The position numbers and the translations under genes were made by a program. Below the pieces are notes generated by a model. The model worked only from the letters and a program-made list of their open reading frames with translations, had not been told where the DNA came from and searched no databases. From Felis catus (taxonomy: Eukaryota), in contig NC_058368.1 in NCBI RefSeq assembly GCF_018350175.1, positions 62,870,001 through 62,934,000 on the forward strand: a DNA stretch of 64,000 nt, in the 5' to 3' direction. The number at the start of each line of letters is the position of its first letter. Position 1 is the first letter of the stretch. Positions 1 through 11,650 of this stretch are shown piece after piece.

Positions 1-1782
1 ATAAACTTAAAAAAATTTAATTCACCTGTAAATTAAAATTAAAATTAAAAATATTCACTTTATGTATAAGCACTCGGACACTTTAGTCAGCTTGAAGAGG
101 GGTTAACTGACTATGTAAAGCACTTCTGATTAAGACAAGAGGACAGAGAACAGGATAGTTACCTGTATATTGGGAATGGAAATAAGCACAGCTTTTTTTT
201 TTAAGTAATCTGGCACTGTGTACCATGGATATTAAAAATATTCACACAATTTCACTCAATTATACTTCTTTCTTAAGGAAAACCTTTAAGGAAAAAAAAT
301 TAAAATAGAAGGAGAAACATGCATAAAATGACAATGATATTTAGTGTTACTACAGAGAGTAATTGAAAACAACCTAAATGCTGCACAACAAATGAGTGTA
401 AAATAAACATAAAAATGCATCACAGAAAATGAACCCAACAGAGCTCTTTTAGTAATTTATCAGATTTAAACAAGTCTCTGAGTTAGGCAGTCTCTGCTCT
501 ATATTCAGGCACAAAAACAGCTAAGCTTTCTGTAATCAATCTGATAAAAACAAATTGAACAAGCAACATTATGGTTGAAGAGGCCAAAGCCACTTGAGCA
601 ATGGCCTTTGATTGATCAGTGCTATAAAAGCATCCTCAGAATCGAAAATTTGGTGTTGATAAATGCACAAATAAAAGAAAAGTCATCATAACAAGCCAAG
701 TCATCACCATTTATCTTATGGAATTAAATAATAAATGTGTTCTAGGAGATAAAATATAGCTGGAGATGAATCCGAAAATCTGTTTTCACTCTTAGATTAG
801 GCCATGGTTGTTATTCTCTTGAGGCCAGGACCTCAAGAGAAATCCTGTTACATAGTTGCACTCTTATTTGAAACTTGATAATGTTCTTCCTGTTTTTTCC
901 CTCCTTGGAATTTTTTTCTTCTATTCTCTATTTTTCAACATTTCATTTACTGTGTAGGGACTAACACAATGGTAATTTATCTTATTAATAATTTCCTGGT
1001 AAAAATTCCTTTTCATGCCGTGTTGTGGCACATATGAAAAGATGGTGTACTATTAAGTAAATATACCTCTTTTCCCTACAACAGGATTCACAAGCCAGCA
1101 ATACACTTCATCGTGATAAGTGTCTAGTAAACAGAAGTAGTTAAGTAAGAGCTGAGTTAATGTAAATTGAATTAACTGTAACATAATTGAATTTTATCCA
1201 CTCACATTTTATCACCCAAATTTCAGCTATCATAACATATTCCTTCTTTGAAAAAACTATGATTGGCAGATAGAGGAGAGAAGAAATTGTTGGAAAACAG
1301 TGTTTCAACGTTCCTTAAAATCTCAAGAATTGACATAATCCAGTGCTTTCTTCTTTCGGACATGGCTCATGCCCTGTTCTGAATATGGGTACTGGAGAGG
1401 TGGGCCATACTTTCACATTTACTGAAAGCTGAAATAAGTTGGTACTAGACAGTATCCCAGCCATGCAAGACTCATTAAATGATTAAACTGTTTTCACTGT
1501 GCATGACTTACATGTCTTTTAAGAATTTTTCTTTCTACCATTCCCATTAATACATTGCAACTTGTTTTTTCCCACTACCAATCTATGAAAACTGCTAGAA
1601 TATCAATAATCGTAACATCAAGATTTGGTACTCACTACATGCTTGCATTTGTTCTCTAGACCACTGACATGTGATGATTAATTTAACACTCCCAACAACT
1701 GAATAGGTAATTGTCTTTTGAATATTATAAAACTTATTTATTTCCTATATTTATGCATTCTAAAAAAGCTACATAAGGTGAA

Positions 1783-1975
1783 TTTTATTATTATTATTTT
1801 TAGAGAGAGAGCTAGAGTCGGGGAGAGGGGCAGAGAGAGAGAGACAGAGAGAATCTTTAGTAGACTCCATGCTGAGCATGAGGACTGATGCAGGGCTCAA
1901 TCCCACAACCTTGGGATCATGACCTTAGCCAAAATCAAGAGTGGGACGCTTAACTGTCTGAGCCACCCAGGCATT
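1783..1975 (-). mobile_element. CanSINE (older SINEC)
   Basis: T-rich tail, (GA)n tract, ends ...ctgagccacccaggca (reverse complement of CanSINE head). Confidence 0.9.
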
Positions 1976-2400
1976 CCTGTAAGACGAATCTTAAACAATG
2001 TTTTATTATTGAGAAATATAGCTCATTTATAAATAAAGCAATCAATGAGAAAGAGTACTTGAATTGTTTAAACTGCTTCTAGTTCTATATAAGAGTGAAA
2101 CTGATTATACTGTCAATGAGATATAAATGCAATATTTCCTATCAACTGATATAATTCTGTGAATTTTTGTTCCATTTTATTCATTCATTCATTTATTTAT
2201 TTATTTATTCAGTAATTTTGTCTATATTTTTCAGTGTTGCTTAGTTTAAAATACTATTTTAAAATGTAATATTGAATTTTATGTGGATTCTCTATACCAG
2301 CAATATGTTGCTTTATAAAGTATACCATGTACCCATATGCTATTGAATAACTTTATATACATAATCAGGAAGTGGTTTGTATGTGTTATTTGTATGTGCA

Positions 2401-2401
<1 letters not shown>

Positions 2402-2435
<34 letters not shown>
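2402..2435. repeat. (CA)n microsatellite
   Basis: Direct observation. Confidence 0.99.
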
Positions 2436-2437
<2 letters not shown>

Positions 2438-2744
2438 TTGGAAAAGACATGCATGTCATTTAAAACATTTAAAAGTAATAGAAAAGAAGATTTCACTGTG
2501 TATATGGTGTATAGACCCAAATCCATTGGGAAGAGATTGGTATTGGTGGATGTGGTAAGAAGTGATTGAATTTGGTATATCTAGTACACAAGACTAACAA
2601 GACTTTTAACGAGTATGAGTTATAAGTGGAAAAGAAAGGATAATTCGTGGGGGGTTACTCTCATGGAACAGGTGAATATTTATAGGATTTAGGTTTTAGA
2701 ATTGCCATGTGTACAGACAGAGCGCTAACCAAATATTCTGTGAG

Positions 2745-3015
2745 CTACCTTGTGGTTAAGCTAGGGCCATATGATTAGGTCTGGCCAACTGGTTACAATC
2801 AGAAAAGGTGATACTTCCAGGCTCAAGGCAATGAGGAGGGTTTGGGTCTTGTCCTCTTCTGTAGTAACCAAATATTCCAGACTGTGTGCTGAAAGATGTC
2901 AGGTCTCTATCAGCCACGGTTCTAGAAGGGCAGAGGGAAGCAGAGTCCCTGTAATCCACATGTACCATGAATAAAAGTGCACTTTGGTAGTATTATCTCA
3001 AAGTTATTATATTCA
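2745..3015 (+). mobile_element. Old MaLR LTR fragment (MLT1-like)
   Basis: ctagggccatatgattaggtctggccaa resembles MLT1 core; AATAAA near the 3' end. Confidence 0.5.
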
Positions 3016-3413
3016 GAGTACAGGGTTTTACTGTTTTGGAGTAATCTGATATTATTATAAGAAATTAGACAAAAACTCTTGGAAAAGGCATGAAAAATAT
3101 TAAAACTTCCTGGTATCCTGAACACCATATTGAACTTAAAACACTTTCTCTCATTTTGTTAGGACTTTTGGAGGAGGAGAGCAGAACTTGCGGTTTGGTG
3201 TATATATTATCAATACTGGGTGAATAGACAGCCGAAACTAAGAGAAATGGAGTAAATGCTAAGAGAGTGAAATATATGCAGCAATTGAGGCATTTGGAAG
3301 CCCCGAGAGGCATAGTATTGTGGACTTGGGGTTTGTACGGGACATTTTAATTGAAGCCAGCCAGACATAGGCTTTTATAGTTACACAGTTGTTTGTAATT
3401 CTGAAGCCTGAAC

Positions 3414-3944
3414 TGTGGTGGAAGAAAACACGGCTCTCCACATCCAAAGCTATCACGTCCTAATTCCTAGAACCTGTATGTTACACTACATGACAAGGAG
3501 GAATTAAGGTTGCAAATGGTCAATCTGATCAGCTGACTTTCAGATGGGGCGAGTAGCCTGGATTACCAGGGTGGATCCAATGTAAGTAATCACAAGCGTC
3601 CCTATAAATTGAAGAGAGAGGCAGCCAGGAAACCCCAACACAGAAGCAGAAGTCGGAGTGGGGCGGTTGCCGGTTTCCAGATGGATGTGCTAACCCACAC
3701 GGAGGAACGAACGCAGGTAGCCTTTGGAGGCTGGGAAACCTAAGGTGAGGGCTTCTCCCCCTGAGCCTCCTGAAAGAATGCAGCCCTGCTGATGCCTTGA
3801 TTCTAGCCCAGTGTGACCTACTGCGGACTTCTGATCTCCGGAACTGTAAGCGAGTAAATTTCATTTGTTATAAGCCACTAACTTACTGGAAACTTGTAGC
3901 AACAGTTTGTAGCAACTGTAGCAACAGTAGGAAGCTCATTCACA
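3414..3944 (+). mobile_element. MaLR LTR, MLT1D/E-like
   Basis: tgtggtg...gtcctaattcctagaacctgt...ggaattaaggttgca...cagccctgctgatgccttgattctagcccagtg...ttataagccactaa...ca. Confidence 0.85.
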
Positions 3945-4190
3945 AAGTCTTTAAGCCCGCTCTGTACAATAGCTTAATTTTGCAGTTGGCGAAAGCTCGT
4001 GGGGTTTTGGTTTTGCCGGCAGGGGTGTTCTTATAACCGGCAACCGGGGGCCCCTTGTGGTCTTCTAAGCCTAAGGCTGCAGGAAGGCCTCGCCTGGGGC
4101 TAGGAGAGTACCCTGAGGCTTTAGTAAGGTCTCACAGCTGAGTCACTGATTTGGGGTGGGGGATGAAGACCTTAAAATAGCTAGCTAACT

Positions 4191-4385
4191 GGGGCACCTG
4201 GGTGGTTCAGTCCTTAAGTGTCTGATTTTGGCTCAGGTCATGATCTCACAGTTCGTGAGCCCAGCCCCATGTTGGGCTCTGAACTGACAGCAAGGAAACT
4301 GCTTGAGATTCTCTTTCTCTCTCCCTTCCCTCCTCCCCCACCCACCCCCCACCCCATGGCACTCTCAAAATTTTTTTTAAAAAAA
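4191..4385 (+). mobile_element. CanSINE
   Basis: ggggcacctgggtggttcag...gctcaggtcatgatctcacagttcgtgag, CT tract, A tail. Confidence 0.9.
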
Positions 4386-4391
4386 TACCTA

Positions 4392-4821
4392 TGTTCCCAG
4401 CAAAACATGGGGTTTTGTAGGCATAGCAGAGAATTGCAAATCAGACCTGCAAGTCCGAAGTGCCTGAAGGAAGGTCAGCTCTTACTAAGCTCTAACAGGA
4501 AATGGGGGGGGGGGGGGGGGAGAGGGTAAGGGGTTGAACAGAAGTTTATTGGAGAACAAGAGTTTGAGGCTGTGGAAGTTTCTCACTGGTGGCAAGCAGT
4601 GACTAGTGTGTTGCTGCTGGGGAAGGGAGTGGTCTTCCTTTTCTTACTTCAAGGTAAGTGATAAATTCCTGCATGAGAAGTGACCTCCTTTGTCAAGGTA
4701 AGAATTGTTTTCCTTCTCTGAGCTGGTTATACAGGCTGCCCAGGAGTACGTGTGTGAGAGCTCTCCTTTCAGAGCTTCTGGACTCCACTTCAAATGAGGC
4801 TTTATTTTTGACTGGCTTTCA
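4392..4821 (-). mobile_element. ERV1-type solo LTR
   Basis: Minus strand starts TGAAAG...cctcatttgaagtggagtccagaagctctgaaaggagagctctc, contains AATAAA (tttatt on +), ends ...AACA. Confidence 0.65.
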
Positions 4822-4926
4822 TGGTTGGTTGGGGGGGGGGGGTAGAAAATAAAACCATCGTTCCCCCATCCCCAGAGCTTCTGACTTACGTGGTTGTGGA
4901 ACTGCTTCTTAAAAACCCGATAATCC

Positions 4927-5487
4927 TGTTCAGATGAGGTCAAAGGATGGAACCAAAGAACCAGGTTAAGAGCAGCACAGACACCAGGTTTGTTAAGGCG
5001 AGAATGAAGAGAGACTCCCGCTACCCGGGAGGGGCTCCTTAAGAAGGCTGCTAATTGGGGTGTCTGGGTGGCGCAGTCGGTTAAGCGTCCGACTTCAGCC
5101 AGGTCACGATCTCGCGGTCTGTGAGTTCGAGCCCCGCGTCAGGCTCTGGGCTGACGGCTCAGAGCCTGGAGCCTGTTTCCGATTGTGTCTCCCTCTCTCT
5201 CTGCCCCTCCCCCGTTCATGCTCTGTCACTCTCTGTCCCAAAAAAGAAAAATAAATAAACGTGGGAAAAAAAATTAAAAAAAAAAAACTGCTAAGTGGAG
5301 GGAAGGCTTATATGGGTTACAGTGGCGGGACCTTTTGACGGGGAGTTACTGTGTAGCTGCTAAACCAAGATAGGGTCCAGGGCGTTTGTTCCAGGGAGCA
5401 GGTGTGTCAGAAGGTCTGGTACTTTCTGCTTTATTGTTAATAAGGGGCCGTTCCTCCCTATCTGCCCAAGGTCAGTCTGTCTCCTCA
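4927..5487 (-). mobile_element. Probable ERV solo LTR interrupted by a SINE
   Basis: TG...CA termini on minus, TATA-like element, LTR-like composition. Confidence 0.5.
5057..5287 (+). mobile_element. Young felid SINE (SINEC_Fc-type)
   Basis: ggggtgtctgggtggcgcagtcggttaagcgtccgacttcagccaggtcacgatc; CpGs intact; A tail; ctgctaa on both flanks. Confidence 0.97.
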
Positions 5488-5494
5488 GTTGCAG

Positions 5495-5570
5495 TGTAGC
5501 TGGGGCGTGAAGGTGTTTAAGAACTCCAGGTGATGCTAATGTGCAGGCTAAATGGAATATTCCTGATTTA
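5495..5570. mobile_element. MER5-like hAT-Charlie fragment
   Basis: tttaagaactccaggtgatgctaatgtgcag resembles the MER5 end. Confidence 0.5.
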
Positions 5571-5710
5571 GAGGGTACAACGGTCTGTAGGTCTCCTAGG
5601 AAAGCCAGGTAGAACACCACAAACTATTGCTTGACAGCCAGGATGGTATCAGATCCACAATACCAGGGGCTTCCTGAGCTGTAAACTGCTAGTTTGAGAC
5701 CTAAAGAGAA

Positions 5711-8700
5711 GCATTAGCTCAGCTGACCCTCTACCTCAAGTCTGAGGAGAGTGGGTCGTAATGAACCTGGGATTTCCTTGGCTGGAGATGGAGTGTAAGA
5801 GGGGTGGAAAAATGTTACTGTGAGTTCAATGTGACCCAGGTTTTACAAGTATGTGTATAGGTTTTTCCTGTTCAGGCAAATATACCTGAAAACATGGAAT
5901 TCAATAATGGCGGAGCAAGTGCCTTAGAGAAGTACATATCCTCTCTAGTCTGAGGAAGAGACTTGAGAAGTACCAGCAACTTCATCTTGAGGAAGGAACC
6001 CATTGAGAGTAAATTCCCAGGTGAAATCAATGCCTGAAGCAAAGAACACTAGGGCAGGTTTTAATAAGACCAACCTGTGGTTGTTTTGTGTGCATATGAG
6101 TCACCTGGGGCATTCTAGGACCAGGCACTAAGCCAACCCAGCTGAGATTGCCTGGAGTTGGTCTTTAGGTGCCTCAAGTGACTTTCAGGTGATCTCCATG
6201 CACAATTTAGGTGGAGATCCCCCTGCTTAGACGGCCAGAGCAAAGCCTGCCAGCAGTAGGCTCTGTGGCACAGAACCAGTAAGGTCTAATCACAAGATCC
6301 TGTGAGGCTGTTTTTATTCCACAAACAACTTCCCAAGGATCTAAAGCAAAATCTTAACAAAAGCTGCTTTGTGTATAATGAGTTAGGAAAGCCATATCTC
6401 CAATTGTCCTGGAGACCAGGATTCCCTCTGCCAGTTCACAAACACTGCAAGAAAAACACTATTTCAAAGCCACTTATTAAAAGAAATAGTGGGTTTGATA
6501 GGTTTTATCTCATTCCAAGCTCCTCACCCCCGGGATATGGGAGTAATGCCAGAGTACCTTGGCCCAAAGATTCTTCTATGGGAGTTAATTCTGCACACAT
6601 GCATAGGCTGGGCATTCCAGTGAGGTTCAAAACAAGTGACTTTTTCCTACTATGTGCTTGGATGGGGCGATGTGCTGGGTATTACAGAAACCTAACTTAA
6701 CCTGAGATCACCCCGGTTAAGAACTTCACATTTACTTTTCTAAATTAGATGAAAATGGAGTCTGTATAGTCATTCCTTTAACCGTTTGGACTCTAAAAGG
6801 AGGCTATAAGGTGTTAATCTAGATTCTGACATTAAAGGAGCTACTCCTGCAAAAGACCATATATGCTGGCTGAAAATAGCTTCAATCTACACTAAACCAC
6901 AAGAACTTCTCTAGCTGAAATTTCTAGAGAATAAGATGGAGGACTTTGATTTTATTTATTTTTTTGGATTCCTGATACCCAAGGATAATTGATCTAATGT
7001 GTAAGAACTACTTTGAAGGGTGCTTGTTTGAACTTTACTACTGGGAGTAGGACAATGGAAAGATTTTTAGGACTTGTCTGTTTTATCTTGGAGGGTTTTT
7101 ATATGTTCAGGCACTTTATTTCAATCCCTTGATGTCTCAACTTCCTAGAAGATATCTGACTTTTATTATATTGAACAATGACCACCTAATTATGATGGAA
7201 AATAAGGAAAGAAGTTGGTTATATAGTACCTTTGTGTAGATGTCATGTATTCTACTGACCCATAACCGTTCACTGAGGAGAAAAACCTAAGCTGCTCACC
7301 AGTCCTTTTCCTAAAAGCCAGTAAATAGCACATTTCCCGATGTGAGGAGTTCTGTCCCATTTTTACAACCACCTTAGGACTTGATAGCGGAGTCTAATGA
7401 AGTTATCATTCTTGCACACCTAAGACTATATCCTCTATTCTAACTTTAAGAATACTTCCCATACTTTAGACCTCTGTGCTATTCTTGCATTATTCCTTCC
7501 AAACATGGGAGGTATGATTGAGCTTTCCCCTAAATGTTCAACATGTCTTAATGAACTGTTAAAGGAGCAATGATTTATGTATCCTGGTAGACCTCTTCTG
7601 TATACTAAAGATTTTTCTGGATGATTCCATTAGCCCCAACAATAGTAGCATTACTTCTGTTAAGTAGAACTTGTTAGAATATTTCCATGTAAACAAATCC
7701 AGCAGAATTACTTGAGACTACATAGCTGACCATACTTTCAGAACTTGATCAAACTTCCTCAAAATATTGATAAGTCAAAAGTACAAAATAGTAGTTGAAT
7801 ATAATTCTGATAAAGAAATCCCTGAAATCCTTACATCTTCAAAAGATAGCTGGTAATCTACAAGGAGAATTCTAAATTCATTTCCTCTGTGAATTGCAAG
7901 TATATATATATATATATTTTACTAGTACCTTGATATTCAGCTTTTTTAGAAAACTTCAAAGTATTTTGAAGGTTAATGCTTAGGCATGCATTATCTTTAT
8001 GGAATTTGACCCTCAAAATCTTCTACATAGCATTTCTAAAAGATTTGAGGATATGTAAAATACCTAATTCATCTAGATCCTTAATAAAATCCAGCGCAAA
8101 ACCTTCAAATAGGGATAAATTGCCACTGAATTTTTACACTGAGGTAGTACAAATTCCAATATAAAGTGTGCTTGAATGTTAGCCTAGTGGAAGTAACTTA
8201 TGTCCCTTACAATGTCTGGAGCATCTGCTGTTTTACAGATATTTTTGTACTTGCTAGATAGCAGTGTTCTGATACCTGGAAAACCTATCACAACTTCTAG
8301 TCTTAGGTCAATTTTCATAAAGCTAGATATTGAATTATCACTTAACACTTGGTTTTGGCTGTAACAATTCTTGAAATAGTGGGAAGGAACTTTTAAGAAC
8401 CTATTTTACAAGTGACAACAGTGATTTACTGAAACCAAGATTTCTTAGACCAATAAGGGGATAGATCTGCAAAGGGACATTTCTCATAGTATTGACCTCT
8501 AGATTGAAATTAGAACTAAATCTGGGTCATTGTGCTTCTAAAACTTTAAAGTGCTTCAATAAAAATAAGTAGAAATACTTACACTTTTGAGGCCTTTATC
8601 TCCATATGTGTGACCTTACCAAGTTTTAAAGAATGAACTAGAGCACTTCCTGGTTTGAAAAAAACCTCTGCTTTATCAGTACTACTTTGGTAATGTTTTG

Positions 8701-9385
8701 TTTCACCCATAGAATGGATCTGAAACTTCGGGCCTTAAGTGAGAGAACTATTGTAAAATTCTTGTCATTCTAAACTATCTTTCCCCCGTGGAAAGTAAAG
8801 TGGTAAGGAAATAACCTTCATGCCAAGTCTGCGGCGATGTTCAACAGATTCATGTTGGTGGCAAAGACGAAGCCTGAATGGAGTAAGATGTTGGTAGCTT
8901 TCAGAATGGAGTCCTGAGCCCATCCCCCATTGCCAAGAGATAGCTGGATTATGTATATGAAGATTCCGTGGAAGAAAATAGCTCACTAAAACTCCCTATG
9001 TGTACCAATTTTCTTCCTTGTAAATTCTACATTTAAGGATAGGCAATATTTGTTAGAAATACCTGTTCTGACCTAGTACTTCACAACAAGATATAAAGGA
9101 AATGCAAAAACATAACTTATGTGAACATTTCAATTAATAACTTGAAATATCTAAATATTAAAACTAGTGAACTATGGTTGATACAAATATTGGCCATTAC
9201 TGTTCTCTAAACTTCATAGTGTTCTTGTGGTACATCAAAGGGAATCTTGTTGGAAAAGGTGTTAAAACTATACTTCATGTACTATCTGATAATAGGTTTC
9301 ATTTTATAAGTTTTTATAGTCCTAAGGTCTGTGAGATCTAGTATTTGGTGATAATGAAGAATGGGTAACTGTAGGAAACATGAAC
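5711..9385 (+). pseudogene. Decayed Ty3/Gypsy (sushi/chromovirus-like) gag-pol fossil; possible dead SIRH/RTL-type gene
   Basis: Ordered motifs by manual translation: CCHC-like 6365-6410; DSS..HRLGIP 6569-6619; YFSKLD 6733; PFGL 6782; VNLDSDI 6813; FFGFLI ~6960; ERFLGLV 7058; KNTSHTLDLCAIL 7448; C-A-E-C 8167; ELLRTYF 8387; LSPYV*PYQVLK 8596; *YLV..EEWV 9339. Many stops and frameshifts. Confidence 0.75.
6050..6232. mobile_element. MER5-like DNA transposon inserted in the Gypsy gag
   Basis: gtgcatatgagtcacctgggg...caggtgatctccatgcacaatttaggtggagatccccctg. Confidence 0.7.
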
Positions 9386-10437
9386 AGAAAAGACCAAAGG
9401 TTCAGACATCTCCAGGTTGAGGGTGAAGACCACCCCAACCTAGAAAGTTATGTAGACCAGAAAAGGTAGAAGAGAAGGATTAACTCAAATTAATAGCATT
9501 GAGTTGGTTGCAGAGGTACTGATGTAGCTTACAATTTGGCTTGCATTTTGACTAAGTTTGAAGTCAGCCTTAATATCAAAGACTGATAAAGTGAACACAA
9601 CTGTATCTGCATAGAAAAATGGAATGTAGAAAACCCTACTAACACCCCAGGTTCTTGCTCTCAACCCCATCTGTTATCAGATCTTAGACCATTTCTTTCA
9701 AGCTCAGAAGAGCCTCCTTCCACCTCCTACACTGACCATCTTTTGCTGGCTTTTAACTTTTGCTGAGGTGCTAAGTACTTGCTGGATCTGTACACAAACA
9801 CAACCTTAAAGTGTTGGAGACTTCTCCCAGAATTAGACAAGACCCTCTGTATTCCACCTGGCTGTTCTATACCCAGATTTCTGGGAGTCACTGTCAATAC
9901 TTTCAGAGGGCCTAGAGCAGGGTTGGTCCCCATTTTCCACAGCAGTAGCTTTGAAACACTTCTTTGGCTTTCTTCCCTAGGTTTCCCTATTCTTGAATCT
10001 CTTGCCAAATGCATTACTTAGGCTCTCCTTGGGGAACTCCAAATAAGTCACTAACGCTAATCTTAGGTGGTTACTATGATCTTAATTCTATAGTCCTACC
10101 TATACTGAGCTATTACAACTAAATGAAATACTAATTAAAGTACATTAAAAAGACTTTATCCTGGAGTGCTCTCAGGAGTAGATACTAAATGCTGAAATCC
10201 CATTTTTTTAAAAAAAAAAAATGCTTGTCCTCCCTGCACAGAAAATCAAATACAGTGAAGACCAAGGTTTTCAAACAAACTAGTTCAGGAAGATTGCTAC
10301 ATTAAGTCCTAGTAGTCTTTGTATACAACTAGTATTAGAAAACCTAACTTAAAGACCACTCTTAGGTCTATAGTAACTAAGTTAACCAAAGCAGAAAGGG
10401 ACCATGTTTATTAAAAACATAACCAACTTAAAATCTT

Positions 10438-10674
10438 TTTTTTTTTTTTTTTTTTTAAATTTTTTTTTTTTAACGTTTATTTATTTTTGAGACAGAGAGA
10501 GACAGAGCATGAACGGGGGAGGGTCAGAGAGAGAGGGAGACACAGAATCGGAAACAGGCTCCAGGCTCTGAGCCATCAACCCAGAGCCCGATGCGGGGCT
10601 CGAACTCACGGACCGCGAGATCGTGACCGGAGCTGAAGTCGGACGCCCAACCGACTGCGCCACCCAGGTGCCCC
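10438..10674 (-). mobile_element. Young SINEC_Fc-type SINE with 16-bp TSD
   Basis: TSD accaacttaaaatctt at 10422-10437 and 10675-10690; long T tail; CpGs intact. Confidence 0.98.
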
Positions 10675-10809
10675 ACCAACTTAAAATCTTAATGAACAGT
10701 TAAGACCTGAATTTTGTCTATCCATAAGTTCTATCAAATCCTATTCTAAGTTTTAGCAAGTATTTTAGAAATATTCTCAAACTGAACATAAAACTTAAAA
10801 ATGCAAATA

Positions 10810-11005
10810 ACCTGAGTGGCTTAGTTGGTTTAGCATCTAAATTCAGCTCAGATCCTGATCTCCTGGTTCATGAGTTTAAGTGTCATGTCTGGCTCTGGGC
10901 TGATAGTTCAGAGTCTGAAGCCTCCTTTGGATTCTGTCTCCTGTGTCTGCCCCTCTCCTGCTCACACTCGGTCTGTCTCAATCTTCAAAATAAACTTAAA
11001 AAATT
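10810..11005 (+). mobile_element. CanSINE (older)
   Basis: cctgagtggcttagttggtt...ctctgggctgatagttcagag...aaaataaacttaaaaaa. Confidence 0.85.
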
Positions 11006-11474
11006 CAAAGACCCAACAAAAAATAGGAGGGACCTGTCCTTCCAGGTAGGACATGAAAAGTTGAGCGATAAACTGTATTATGTAAACACAGGAAGGTTCG
11101 AACAGGAGCTGGAAAGATCCTGGAACAGAAGTGTATGTATGGGCGCTATTAAGTGGGACCTCAGGCAAGGATGGACTAGTGGAGACCGAAAATTGGCTCC
11201 ATGTATGGGGAAGAATGTCAGAAAATCCTAGAAAAAGTTATACGGAGTTGAGTTATGGTAATAGAAACTTAAATAGCTAATAAGAGATGTTCTATCTCAC
11301 AAGTAGAGAAATGGAAACGAAAACCACCAACTTCACACATTTCCATTTTGTGATCCCTAGGTCTACAGTGTTGCCAAGGAGATGGACGAACAATCCAGCT
11401 ATGCTATTTAAGTACAAGATGTTCACTCTAACCTTTAAAATATTTGATTACTGTGCAGTATGATAGAAAAAAAC

Positions 11475-11650
11475 TAATAGTTACTGAGCCAGATACTAAC
11501 ATAAGCATTTAAATGCTTTCTCTATCAGCCTACCAATCCTTTGAAGCACATACTGTTCTATAAGTAAGGCTTAGAGAAGAAAAAGCTTCAAATTATGTAC
11601 CTGGTAAATGGCAGTATCAGGACTGTAGCCTAAGATTGTCTTGGAATTGA
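11475..11650 (-). mobile_element. MIR fragment
   Basis: ttactgagcc...taaggcttagaga...ggtaaatggcag... Confidence 0.5.

Noticed and set aside
6302..6700. 132-aa ORF as an intact gene
   Set aside because: GTG start, and the knuckle and protease motifs need frameshifts; it is a residual open stretch of the fossil
9480..10150. Possible 3' LTR of the Gypsy fossil
   Set aside because: No matching 5' copy or TSD could be seen by eye
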